DNA of 64,000 bases from Candidatus Diapherotrites archaeon LH_S9 (GTDB taxonomy: Archaea > B1Sed10-29 > WALL01 > JAGXON01): contig JAGXON010000001.1 in the NCBI GenBank assembly GCA_023659865.1, positions 45,968 through 109,967 of the forward strand, given 5' to 3'. The notes under the pieces are model-generated. The model was given only the letters and a program-made list of their open reading frames with translations. It searched no databases and had not been told where the DNA came from. Of this stretch, positions 19,179 to 28,718 are shown piece after piece (positions within the stretch are counted from its first letter, which is position 1; every line of letters begins with the position of its first letter). The position numbers and the translations under genes are program-made.

Positions 19179-19631
19179 GTGAGTAATATGACTTATAAAA
19201 ATACTCCGATTCCGGAAGACAAGGACCCAGAAGACTATACCCATAACGAAAGAAGGGCAGAAATACTAAAACATATCATAGATGCTGGCCTAAGCCGTAG
19301 AGTAAATCAGACGGAATTAGCTCAGAGATATGAAGCTTCCCAACCACAGATATCTCGGGACTTTAAAAGGATAAAGGAAGAAATACGGGACACTATTGGA
19401 AACGATATACAGGTGGATGCTTATGCTCTATACCAAAGTTCTATAGCTAAGTTACTTGACCAGGAGAGACCTTATTTAGCTTGTAAGGTTATGGATGACT
19501 ATCTAAAGTTTATATATGGTATAGGAATAGAAAAATCACCTGAAAAAATAGATAGTGAGTGCTCTGATCTTAGGGAACGCTTGTCTGAAGCGGCTAAAAA
19601 AATTGACAAGGAAGATTTTAAGGAGAAGTAA
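19179..19631 (+). CDS. HTH protein, probable terminase small subunit
   Basis: NQTELAQRYEASQPQISRD HTH; directly upstream of terL. Confidence 0.6.
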   Translation: MSNMTYKNTPIPEDKDPEDYTHNERRAEILKHIIDAGLSRRVNQTELAQRYEASQPQISRDFKRIKEEIRDTIGNDIQVDAYALYQSSIAKLLDQERPYLACKVMDDYLKFIYGIGIEKSPEKIDSECSDLRERLSEAAKKIDKEDFKEK

Positions 19632-19633
19632 AA

Positions 19634-21025
19634 GTGAATAAAAAGCAAATTACTGAAAACGAAGCAGAGAAATTAATACTCACGAGGAAAGGACGATTTG
19701 CAGTAATTAAAGAAATATTTAATGTACAACCAACACCAGGACAAATGGATATAATAGAATCCATTGCATTAAAGTCTCATTTAAAACGAGTAGTGATCTC
19801 TGCATATACACAATACGGAAAAACGTGGAGCATTGCTATAGGGATATTACTCTATATCTGGCTCCAGGAGAACGATGGTAAAAAAATCGATGTCGTCGCG
19901 CCGAATGAGCAGAGCAAGATACTGGGAGATTATATTGCAAAGCTTATTGCTGGCTGCCCTGTGCTCGGACCTTCACCCCTCAAAAAGACTAACAGGAAAA
20001 GAGAGACCCTTAAGAAAGAAGTCAGCCGTAAACACTTAACTTTCACTAACGACTGTGAATTAAGGATATTGAGTGCACAGGGCCCAGCAGAGAGACTGAT
20101 GGGTCATGGCACGGATTTGCTGGTAATCGATGCAGCTTGTCTGATTGACCCTGAGGTTTATCGCTCTAAGATTAGTCGTGTGTTAGGAGATTCTCCTGAC
20201 ACGAAGCTCGTGGAAACCGGTAATCCATTGAATAAAAATAATCAGATGTGGGAGCATTGGACCGACCCTAATTTCAAAAAAATTCATGTTCCTTACACTG
20301 TTGGTTTAGAAGAAGGACGGGTGAGTGAAGACGTTATAGAAGAGCAACGAAGAGAACTCGACAGTACAACCTTTAAAGTCCTATACAAAGCGGAATTCCC
20401 AGACACTGTCGAGCAAGGACTGATTAGACACTCCTGGAAAGAGAAAGCAGTCCAGAGAGACCCGTTCGACCTAAAAGAAAGCCAGGAAATCGTTGGAATA
20501 GACGTTGCCGAATTCGGTGAAGATAAGACAGTTATAACCACCACAAAACAACTCAATAATAAAGTCAATGTAACAAAAGTAGAATCCTGGGAACGACTAG
20601 ACACCACGGAAACGGCGGATAAAATAGCTGACCACTTAGAAGGACATGAATACCTAGTAGTAGACGCAATAGGGGTTGGGAGCGGCGTAGCTAGCCGCCT
20701 CAAGCAAAAAGGATTCCAAGTAAACGCTATGAAAGTCAATAAAAGTCCCACAAACGAGAAACACAGGTTTACAAACAAGAAAGCGCAATACTATTGGAAA
20801 CTACGCGGTTTATTCGAAGATGGGAGAATCCAACTAAAAGAAGACATGAAAAACAAGGATAAGCTAGAAAAACAATTAAGTCAAATACAATACGAATTCA
20901 ACTCAAAAGAAAAGATTAAGATAAATGACCCACGAAAATCTCCCGATTACGCTGGCTCGTTGATGCTGGCTTGCAGTAAATCCCACGCTGGAACAGGGGG
21001 CGCTATAGTCGGAATTCGTTTTTAA
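19634..21025 (+). CDS. terL: Terminase large subunit, probably inactivated
   Basis: TQYGKT Walker A, GNP coupling motif, GIDVA and VVDAIGVG nuclease motifs; Walker B reads VIDAA and the C-terminal motif SPDYAGSL. Confidence 0.85.
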   Translation: MNKKQITENEAEKLILTRKGRFAVIKEIFNVQPTPGQMDIIESIALKSHLKRVVISAYTQYGKTWSIAIGILLYIWLQENDGKKIDVVAPNEQSKILGDYIAKLIAGCPVLGPSPLKKTNRKRETLKKEVSRKHLTFTNDCELRILSAQGPAERLMGHGTDLLVIDAACLIDPEVYRSKISRVLGDSPDTKLVETGNPLNKNNQMWEHWTDPNFKKIHVPYTVGLEEGRVSEDVIEEQRRELDSTTFKVLYKAEFPDTVEQGLIRHSWKEKAVQRDPFDLKESQEIVGIDVAEFGEDKTVITTTKQLNNKVNVTKVESWERLDTTETADKIADHLEGHEYLVVDAIGVGSGVASRLKQKGFQVNAMKVNKSPTNEKHRFTNKKAQYYWKLRGLFEDGRIQLKEDMKNKDKLEKQLSQIQYEFNSKEKIKINDPRKSPDYAGSLMLACSKSHAGTGGAIVGIRF

Positions 21026-21067
21026 AGAAAAACCATTTTAAAGAAGGTAGTATATAAAGTTAAGTGA

Positions 21068-22342
21068 ATGCATATGAATTTTAAAGAAACACTACAGAAA
21101 CCAGTAAACTATATCAAGAACATGTATCACAAAGACACATCTACCGGCACTGATGCCGGGGACTACAAGATACCACATTTTCCTTATAAAGACCGGTATA
21201 TATACGATGTTGCTAACTACAGCAGTGTCTTGAACAATATTCTTCAAACTATCCAGACCGAGTTATTTAAAAATGGCTGGGAGTTCATTCCCAAGTATGA
21301 ATATATTTGCACCAGCTGCGGGAGAGAGTACGACCACGAGCCCGAACAGAAGAACGATGAAGGCGTACCTATCTGTAGTAACTGCGGTAACATAGTAACC
21401 AAACCCGACAAAAGCAGCATAAGAAACGTGAAGAAACAGCTCAGAAGAGACGTGAACTATAATAATCAAACGCTTACTGAAGTTCTCAAAGAAATCGAAT
21501 GGGACTTAGACGCTTACGACTCCGCTTACTTATATTTAGAGAAGAATTATGAACACGATTCGGACGGCAAACTCGTGAACACTGAAATCGACGAGATAGT
21601 TAAACTGCAACCAATCAGAATGAGAATAATCAAGAACGATAGAGGCATGCCAGCTACTGACCAAAAAGGAGACTCCATCAGATTCTGCCCAGAACATAGG
21701 GGCAAAAAAACAAAGAGAGATTACTGTGAGCAATGCGGACGAGAGACCCTCCCCACCTATTTTGTTAAGGAGAAGGGAGAGGAAAAAAAGTACTTCAGTA
21801 ATGATGAAGTCAAACACCTGAAGAAATACCGCCCGACAGAACCATACGGCTGGAGCCCAGTCATCCCTCTCTGGCAAAAAATACATATCCTTTATTTCAT
21901 GAATAGAGATAAGCCACCGAAGGGCCCCAAGAACTTTGCGAAGTACACAGAAATGAGGAACGGGCTCAAAAAAGAAGTAGATTCAACATACGGAGTCATG
22001 CCATTGTTCCAGGGAAACCTCGAAGGAGTAGGAGGATTGAACAACGAAGGCCAAGAGATTACTATAACCAACAGTGCTATGAGAAAAGGGCAAGAAGTAT
22101 TCAATAAGAAACTATTTCCCTGGCTTTGTGACCAACTGAGTTTAGAACATTGGACCATCGAACTCAATGAAGTCGAAACCAGAGACGTTGCGCAAGAAAA
22201 GCAACAGATTAACCAACGACGTATCCAGAACGCTGTGCAGATGAGTCAGATAGGATTCAACGTAGAATTGGATGAAAAAGAAGATAATAAATACGTCTCA
22301 TTCAAGTATAGCGGGAAAGCGGAAAAACCGAGTGAACAGTAA
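21068..22342 (+). CDS. Phage portal-like protein with zinc-ribbon insertions, probably internally deleted
   Basis: Position after terL; YGWSP and YGVMPLFQG portal-like segments; CTSC, CSNC, CEQC. Confidence 0.65.
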   Translation: MHMNFKETLQKPVNYIKNMYHKDTSTGTDAGDYKIPHFPYKDRYIYDVANYSSVLNNILQTIQTELFKNGWEFIPKYEYICTSCGREYDHEPEQKNDEGVPICSNCGNIVTKPDKSSIRNVKKQLRRDVNYNNQTLTEVLKEIEWDLDAYDSAYLYLEKNYEHDSDGKLVNTEIDEIVKLQPIRMRIIKNDRGMPATDQKGDSIRFCPEHRGKKTKRDYCEQCGRETLPTYFVKEKGEEKKYFSNDEVKHLKKYRPTEPYGWSPVIPLWQKIHILYFMNRDKPPKGPKNFAKYTEMRNGLKKEVDSTYGVMPLFQGNLEGVGGLNNEGQEITITNSAMRKGQEVFNKKLFPWLCDQLSLEHWTIELNEVETRDVAQEKQQINQRRIQNAVQMSQIGFNVELDEKEDNKYVSFKYSGKAEKPSEQ

Positions 22343-22705
22343 AAACCTACAACACCCGATACCATTTTTCAGTAAGACAGCCCACTCAAATTAAAAAAAC
22401 ACTCGGAAAAGAACCGAATAAGGCGCGTGAGGAAGTACAGAACCAGATCGAGAAAGAAACGGACGTGAATCTATTTATAAGCAAAGAAGACCTAAGCCAG
22501 AACTTTAGTGAACTTCTTAACGAGCTCTGGAACAAGAGATACAAAAGCCTTTACAAAGACCTTTCTCAGGATAAAAGCAAAGAAGAGAAAGAATGGTGTG
22601 AAGCTGCCATGGCGTTCTGCAATGCATGCGAAGAACTGGGCAGGGAACCTGCGGAGTCGTTGCTTCAAGCAAGAGGGTTGGAAGAGGCAGCTAAAACTAT
22701 AAACT

Positions 22706-23164
22706 TCACTCCTTCTTTTTAGTTTTATCTTTAGCTCTCAATGCGAAGTGACCAATTATAACAAATACAATCCCTAAAAAGAAACCGATTACTCCCGCAA
22801 TAATCGTGATAACCCCCCCGCCAACCCCGGCACCAATTACTTCTGCTGCATCACTTACATTAACATTAGCTGCAGTATAATTTATAGTATAAATTATCGC
22901 TACAATTGGCATCAAAAAGAATTCAATTGCAAGAGCAACTGATGCCCATCCAAACATTCTTCGAAGGTCATTAACTCGATATAATCCGTATGAAAATCCA
23001 ATCCAACTAATAAAAAACAACGAAACAAGGATAATAAAAAACAACCAAACGGGAGCACCTACAGTGGCGATACCTGTCAACATACACAAAAATAATCCTA
23101 ATATGAATCCAAAAAATGTTGCAAGTCCAATCAGTTTTAGTTTACTGAAATCCATATAACACAC
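22706..23164 (-). CDS. Hypothetical membrane protein
   Basis: About four hydrophobic helices; AT-rich. Confidence 0.6.
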   Translation of the reverse strand: MCYMDFSKLKLIGLATFFGFILGLFLCMLTGIATVGAPVWLFFIILVSLFFISWIGFSYGLYRVNDLRRMFGWASVALAIEFFLMPIVAIIYTINYTAANVNVSDAAEVIGAGVGGGVITIIAGVIGFFLGIVFVIIGHFALRAKDKTKKKE

Positions 23165-23212
23165 CTAATTACTATTTTTGCGTCTAAATTTACTAATCCA
23201 CTTGTTATATTC

Positions 23213-24319
23213 TCAATTTAAAGGAACACTGAACTCGAATTCATCTTGCAAGAATCCACCACCTTTAAAACGGAATGTACCTGTTCCTGAATCCTTTGGA
23301 ATATTTTTAAATGTCCATGAACCACTTTTAGTTGCTCCAGGTAGTAAAGTGCTACTATAAGTATCGACCTCACATGAAAAACATGGAGAAACATCGTACT
23401 GATGTTTGTCAGAATCTAAAATAAGAATAGAACGAGGTCGGAAATACCAGGTTTTATTACGAATATTTTTAACATCGAATTCAATTTTATAATCATCCCC
23501 ATCAAATCCAGCATATTTAACCGTAAATTTAAATTCATCGCTAGCTACAGTTTTGTCTATAGTATGTTTGGTACTTTCATAATCCCCTGTCACTTCTACA
23601 TTATTTAAGTCATCACTTGATGTTACCTCTTCACCATATAACGCCAACCATACTTCACCATCTTCCTCTCGTTCAAATGCAAGGACAGGTTTGGAATCAG
23701 ACGAATCTACTTCAAATGCCATCCATCCTTCCTGAGCTGAACCTGGATAGAGAGATGTACCAAATTGAGGGTCAGGTTCAACAATCGAACCCCACTCATT
23801 GTACACTCTTCCTGATTCTGACACTACATCAAATTCATAATGTGTAGCATCAAATGCATCATCATCTTCCATAGAAATTAATTCAAATTTTATTTTCGCC
23901 AATATGTAATCCTTATCTGGCTTCGGTGCCTCATTTACCATGCTGGCTTCTTCAATCATTGACCATGCAGCACTTCCGCGTTTTATATCAGTGACAGTTA
24001 TCTTAGCTGAACCTGTTCCACAGAACAAATCAAAATTAGAGATTAGAGGAGTTCCAATCGGAGATGGATTTGCTCTTGAATTAGTAGTTTGAGGATGGGT
24101 GTTGCCGTTGGAATTTGCGTTGGCCTCGGAGTCACTGTTAGAGGTAGCAGAAACGCTGGAACTTGCGTTGGTTGACTGAGGACAATCCTGTGGATTCGAC
24201 ACAGTTGAACCATCTGAACAAACATAGTTAGTTGAACTAACATTAGTTGAACTAACACATCCAGCTAAAACTACAACTCCAATGATAACTAATAGTAGAC
24301 TTAAACGCATGATGAACAC
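23213..24319 (-). CDS. Lipoprotein with DUF4352-like domains
   Basis: LAGC lipobox, Ser/Asn-rich linker, LYPGSAQEGWMAFEV and LLPGATKSG repeats. Confidence 0.7.
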   Translation of the reverse strand: MFIMRLSLLLVIIGVVVLAGCVSSTNVSSTNYVCSDGSTVSNPQDCPQSTNASSSVSATSNSDSEANANSNGNTHPQTTNSRANPSPIGTPLISNFDLFCGTGSAKITVTDIKRGSAAWSMIEEASMVNEAPKPDKDYILAKIKFELISMEDDDAFDATHYEFDVVSESGRVYNEWGSIVEPDPQFGTSLYPGSAQEGWMAFEVDSSDSKPVLAFEREEDGEVWLALYGEEVTSSDDLNNVEVTGDYESTKHTIDKTVASDEFKFTVKYAGFDGDDYKIEFDVKNIRNKTWYFRPRSILILDSDKHQYDVSPCFSCEVDTYSSTLLPGATKSGSWTFKNIPKDSGTGTFRFKGGGFLQDEFEFSVPLN

Positions 24320-24736
24320 CTGCTTTTACTTTTGGTGTTATATAAACATAAAAACATTACTTAATTTCGTAGCATTTTCTAGAATCCCCCACGCCATTTC
24401 TTTCTCACGAGGATTGTCACTAACTGCATACTCCAGACATATTTGTTGATTTGGCGCGTTTTGTTGTTCGTTTGAGTAATTTTGAAAATGCGTTCCCATC
24501 CATTCTTGTTGCATACGTTTTTGATTGCTTCCCAAATTTAAGGGGAAAAAAGGGCATCCCTCTTCTTGTTCAACGATGGGAATCCACCCACAACCTCCCT
24601 CAAGAAAAATTAGCCACTGCACAAGCCCGGAAAGACGGAAGCAAGCAGATAGACATTCCTTTTGAAGACGGAACCCTTTTCAAGTCAGAAAAACCTCGCG
24701 AAGCACACGAAATTAGAGTATTCATCAAAAAGTAAT

Positions 24737-24772
24737 CAAAACCTTTAAAAACCATAATGAATACAAATTCAT
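24737..24772 (+). promoter_or_regulatory. BRE/TATA promoter with palindromic operator ATGAAT-N4-ATTCAT
   Basis: CAAAACC TTTAAAAA ... ATGAATACAAATTCAT, repeated at 29612-29649. Confidence 0.7.
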
Positions 24773-24775
24773 ATC

Positions 24776-24928
24776 ATGACTAACGGAAGAGGAAGAAAAG
24801 GCGGAAAAGCCCTCGGGCCAGGAGGACAATGCGTTTGCCCTGAATGCGGGAAAAAAGTACCGCACGAGAGAGGCGTCCCCTGCTACAAAAAAAACTGCCC
24901 AAAATGTGGAAGCAAAATGACGAGGTAA
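24776..24928 (+). CDS. 50-aa Cys-rich zinc-ribbon microprotein (below ORF-track cutoff)
   Basis: MTNGRGRKGGKALGPGGQCVCPECGKKVPHERGVPCYKKNCPKCGSKMTR. Confidence 0.8.
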   Translation: MTNGRGRKGGKALGPGGQCVCPECGKKVPHERGVPCYKKNCPKCGSKMTR

Positions 24929-24932
24929 AAAA

Positions 24933-25424
24933 ATGAAAATAGCAATACCCTCAACAGGAAAATCGATAGACAGCACGATAAGTAACATCTTTGGAAGATG
25001 CCCAGTATACATAATAGCCGAGATAAAAGAAGATCCAGAAACAGGAAAAAAAGAGATAGGAAAAGCAGAAGCCATAGAAAACCCTGCTGTCGGACAAAGA
25101 GGAGGAGCAGGAATAATGGCATCCCAAACGCTCGGCAACGAAGACGTGGACATAGTAATAGCCCCAAGAATAGGGCCAAGAGCATTCAACGTACTCCAAA
25201 AAATAGGCATAGAGATATACCAAGCCTCCGGAAACACCGTGAAACAAAACCTGGACAACTTCCTTGAAAACAAACTAAACAAGATAAACTCTCCCGGCCA
25301 GATGGGCATGGGCCCAAAACCAGGAGCTGGAAGAGGCGCAGGCAGAGGCCAGGGCGCTGGACAAGGAAGAGGACAAGGCGGTGGAGCCGGACAAGGAAAA
25401 GGTAGAGGACAAGGAAGAAAATGA
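24933..25424 (+). CDS. NifB/NifX-family protein with Gly/Arg-rich tail
   Basis: MKIAIP, FGRCP, ENP, GAGI, IGPRAF. Confidence 0.88.
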   Translation: MKIAIPSTGKSIDSTISNIFGRCPVYIIAEIKEDPETGKKEIGKAEAIENPAVGQRGGAGIMASQTLGNEDVDIVIAPRIGPRAFNVLQKIGIEIYQASGNTVKQNLDNFLENKLNKINSPGQMGMGPKPGAGRGAGRGQGAGQGRGQGGGAGQGKGRGQGRK

Positions 25425-26668
25425 GCGATAACCTAAAGAAAGGAGAGGACGCAGCAGGAAAAGTGAGCATAGTTACTTTTCTTCTAGCTGCAGGGAAAGG
25501 AATCGCTGGAGTGATGACTGGAAGCATAGCTTTGCTCACAGACGCTCTTCACTCCACTGTCGACTTAGTCGTGGCGGTTGCTTCCTGGCTTAGTCTAAAG
25601 CTTTCTCAAAGAGAAGCCGATGAACAGTTCCAGTACGGGTACTACAAAGCAGAGAACCTGGCAGCGTTCGTAATCTCTTTTTTCATCCTCTACGCAGCTT
25701 TCAACTTTGCAATAGAAGGTATAAAAAGGCTCTCGGTTGTAGAACCAATAAAACTGCCTTTCCTGGCAATGGGAGCTACGCTAGTATCAGCAATCGTTTC
25801 CGGATACCTAGTGAAATACTTAAGGGAAAAAGGAGAGGAAACAGGATCTGCATCGCTTTTGGCGAACGCAAAAGAAACTCTTGCAGACGTAATGTCTTCA
25901 TTAGTTGTCTTCGTCGCCATAGTGTGCACTTACCTAGAGATACCTTACGTTGAAGGAGTAGTCACAATAGGAATATCGTTATTTATATTCAAAGAAGGTT
26001 TCGAAACCATTAAAGACTCTTCTTTTGCTTTAATGGACGTCAGCCCAAGCAAAAAACTAGAAAAAGAAGTTGCAGAAGCAGCTAAAAAAGTGAACGGAGT
26101 CAAAGAAGTCAATAACCTGAAACTAAGAAAATCCGGTCCATTCATCCTGGGCGACCTGGACGTTCAGATAAGTAAGTCAGCCGACGTGGAAAGAGCTCAC
26201 ACAGTAGCAGACGAGATAGAGGAAAAAGCAAAAAGAAACGTGAAAGAACTTGAATCAATAGCCGTGCAAGTCGAGCCATTCAAACCAAAGGAAAGAACAG
26301 TTGCAATACCTGTAAAAGAAGATAAAGGAATGAAATCAGAGGTGAGCAATCACCTGGGAAGATGCGAACACATCGTTTTCCTGAACATCACTCCAGAAGA
26401 AAAAACAATAGAAAAAATCATGAAGAACGAGTACAAACAAAAGAAAGTTAGAGCTGGATTATCGCTGTCAAGAGAGTTATGCGAGCAAAAAACAGATGCA
26501 GTAGTAGTGCAAAGAATCGGAGAGATAAGCTTCCACACGCTAAGAGACTGTTTCACCGACATATACAAAACCGAGGGAAAAACAGTGGAAGAAGTATCAA
26601 AAAAAGTAAGGAAAAACCAGCTAAAGCTCTTGAAAGAACCTACAAAAAGATCAGGAGCCAAAAAATGA
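25421..26668 (+). CDS. Cation diffusion facilitator fused to a NifB/NifX domain
   Basis: SIALLTDALHS, YGYYKAE, AHTVADEIE; C-terminal VAIP...HLGRC. Confidence 0.88.
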   Translation: MSDNLKKGEDAAGKVSIVTFLLAAGKGIAGVMTGSIALLTDALHSTVDLVVAVASWLSLKLSQREADEQFQYGYYKAENLAAFVISFFILYAAFNFAIEGIKRLSVVEPIKLPFLAMGATLVSAIVSGYLVKYLREKGEETGSASLLANAKETLADVMSSLVVFVAIVCTYLEIPYVEGVVTIGISLFIFKEGFETIKDSSFALMDVSPSKKLEKEVAEAAKKVNGVKEVNNLKLRKSGPFILGDLDVQISKSADVERAHTVADEIEEKAKRNVKELESIAVQVEPFKPKERTVAIPVKEDKGMKSEVSNHLGRCEHIVFLNITPEEKTIEKIMKNEYKQKKVRAGLSLSRELCEQKTDAVVVQRIGEISFHTLRDCFTDIYKTEGKTVEEVSKKVRKNQLKLLKEPTKRSGAKK

Positions 26669-27030
26669 AAGTAGCCATACCCACAGACTCAGGAAAAGTC
26701 GCTCCTCACTTCGGAAGAGCCCCAGAATACACTATCGCCATCATCGAAGAAAAAGAAGTCAGCAAAAAACAAAAAATAGATAATCCTGGCCACAAACCAG
26801 GTTATCTGCCGAAATTCTTCAACGAAAAAGGCGTAGACGTCATGCTGGTTAAAGGGATAGGAAGAAGAGCAGTTTCCTTGTTCAACCAGTTCGACATCGA
26901 TATTGTGACAGGAGCTCAAGGCAAGATAGATGAAGTGCTCGAAAAATTCGTTGAAGAAGAACTAGATGAAAAAAGCAATCCATGCAAACCAGGTAAAGGA
27001 AAAGACTACGGAATAGAAAAGGAGGATTAA
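26665..27030 (+). CDS. NifB/NifX-family protein
   Basis: MKVAIP, HFGRAP, NPGH, GIGRRA; ATGA overlap with the CDF stop. Confidence 0.88.
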   Translation: MKVAIPTDSGKVAPHFGRAPEYTIAIIEEKEVSKKQKIDNPGHKPGYLPKFFNEKGVDVMLVKGIGRRAVSLFNQFDIDIVTGAQGKIDEVLEKFVEEELDEKSNPCKPGKGKDYGIEKED

Positions 27031-27031
27031 A

Positions 27032-27775
27032 TTGACCAAACTAATGATGATCCTGGCAGCAAGTCTTCTTTCAGCCGTTCTCTGCAGCCTAGGCGTCCTA
27101 GTCATCTGGAGATTCAGAGAATTCGGCGAAAAATCAATGAATTACTTCATGTACTTTGCTTCAGGAGTACTAGTATCAGCTGCATTCATGATAGCTGCTC
27201 CAAAAGCATTCAGCATGAACGAATACGGTCCCATGTTCATGTTGCTCGGTTTCTTATCCATCTTCCTTCTGGACAGATTCATAAACCTTTACGTTTGCCA
27301 CGGTCACACAAAAAAATGTACAAGAGGATTCAGAATAAGCGTAGTAGCGGCAATAGGAATAGCGCTTCATTCATTCGTTGACGGAATAATATACTCAACA
27401 ACATTCACCGTATCCTCCTTCCTTGGTGTGATGACCACTCTAGGACTGATATTCCACGAATTTCCTGAAGGGATAATAACATTCATACTATTCCTTAAAG
27501 GAGGGTTCAGTGAAAAAAAATCCTTGATTTACTCAATACTGATAGCAGCATTAACCACCCCCCTAGGAGCAATAATTAGTTACCCATTCATAAGCACGCT
27601 GAGAGGACCTAAACTAGGAGCAATGGTAGGCCTAACAGCTGGAGTGCTCGCATTCGTAGGAGCATCACACCTGCTGCCGGAAGCGGAAAGAAAAAGCAAG
27701 AAGTACGGAATAATAGCTTTCCTGCTCGGAATAGCAGTAGCATCAGTTCTGGTTGTGGTAAAAGGAGGAGTATGA
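27032..27775 (+). CDS. ZIP-family metal transporter
   Basis: LHSFVDG, HEFPEG, HLLPEA. Confidence 0.9.
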   Translation: MTKLMMILAASLLSAVLCSLGVLVIWRFREFGEKSMNYFMYFASGVLVSAAFMIAAPKAFSMNEYGPMFMLLGFLSIFLLDRFINLYVCHGHTKKCTRGFRISVVAAIGIALHSFVDGIIYSTTFTVSSFLGVMTTLGLIFHEFPEGIITFILFLKGGFSEKKSLIYSILIAALTTPLGAIISYPFISTLRGPKLGAMVGLTAGVLAFVGASHLLPEAERKSKKYGIIAFLLGIAVASVLVVVKGGV

Positions 27776-27887
27776 AAACAAACGCGAAAAACAAAGCTAG
27801 CATTAATCCTGACATCATTAATCGCTCTCGCAATATACGTGAATCAATTGAAAAGATTTCAACACTGAATTTCAAGGAGAAAATAAA

Positions 27888-28718
27888 ATGAAGATAGCTG
27901 TAACAGGGGGAAAAGGCGGAACAGGAAAAAGCACAGTAGCAACAGCCCTAGCAACACAACTAGCAAAAGAAAATAAAGTCTTGCTTGTAGATGCAGACGT
28001 TGACTGTCCTGACGACGACCTAATCCTCTCCATAAAGACCCGGAAGACGAAAGACGTTGAAAACATGATACCGGAAATAAATGAAGAAAAATGCATCAAA
28101 TGCGGAAAATGCGCTGAAGCATGTAAAGAAAACGCTTTAGTTCAAGTAAAAAAACAAACTCCGTTTCTCGTTGAAGACCAGTGCACTGGCTGCAAAGCAT
28201 GCAAATACACGTGCCCAGTTAACGCGATAACGGAATCAAAACAAAAAATAGGCGAGATAAGCAGAGGAGAAAACAGCAAGATAAGTTTAGTGAAAGCAGA
28301 CCTCAAACCAGGAATAGAGGAATCAAGCCTCGTTGTCAACGCCTTAAAACGATACGTGGAAAAAGAAGAAGACAAATACGACCACATCATAATCGACACG
28401 GCAGCTGGAACCCACTGCCCCGTAATAGCAGCATTAACAGGAGCAGAAAAAGCTCTGGCCGTGACAGAACCAACACCACTCGGAAACCATGACCTGAAAC
28501 TAATTCTAGAGCTTCTGAAAAAGCTCGAAGTTCCAGCGAAAACAGTTATAAACCGTTCAGACATCTCAAGCAAGAAAGAAACTGAAGAAATAGCAGAAGA
28601 ATTCAGTTCACCTGTGATAACTGGGATACCTTACAGTAAAAAAATCCAGGAAGACTACGCAGCAGGAAAACCGATCGAACACGAACAAATAAATAAAATA
28701 GCGGAGGCGATAAAATGA
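27888..28718 (+). CDS. MinD-type P-loop ATPase with inserted 2x[4Fe-4S] ferredoxin domain
   Basis: GGKGGTGKS, DADVDCP, two CxxCxxCxxxC motifs, TEPTP. Confidence 0.9.
   Translation: MKIAVTGGKGGTGKSTVATALATQLAKENKVLLVDADVDCPDDDLILSIKTRKTKDVENMIPEINEEKCIKCGKCAEACKENALVQVKKQTPFLVEDQCTGCKACKYTCPVNAITESKQKIGEISRGENSKISLVKADLKPGIEESSLVVNALKRYVEKEEDKYDHIIIDTAAGTHCPVIAALTGAEKALAVTEPTPLGNHDLKLILELLKKLEVPAKTVINRSDISSKKETEEIAEEFSSPVITGIPYSKKIQEDYAAGKPIEHEQINKIAEAIK

Larger units (their letters stand above)
18971..22722 (+). mobile_element. Decayed head-tail provirus remnant (packaging module)
   Basis: terS-terL-portal order followed by broken ORFs; no capsid, tail or integrase gene seen. Confidence 0.75.

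Noticed and set aside
18971-20095. Repeat pair as the template and variable repeats of a diversity-generating retroelement
   Set aside because: Mismatches include C/T changes and are not adenine-specific; no reverse transcriptase in the window
24933-27030. Nitrogen fixation
   Set aside because: Only NifX-like domains; no nifH, nifD, nifK or radical-SAM nifB
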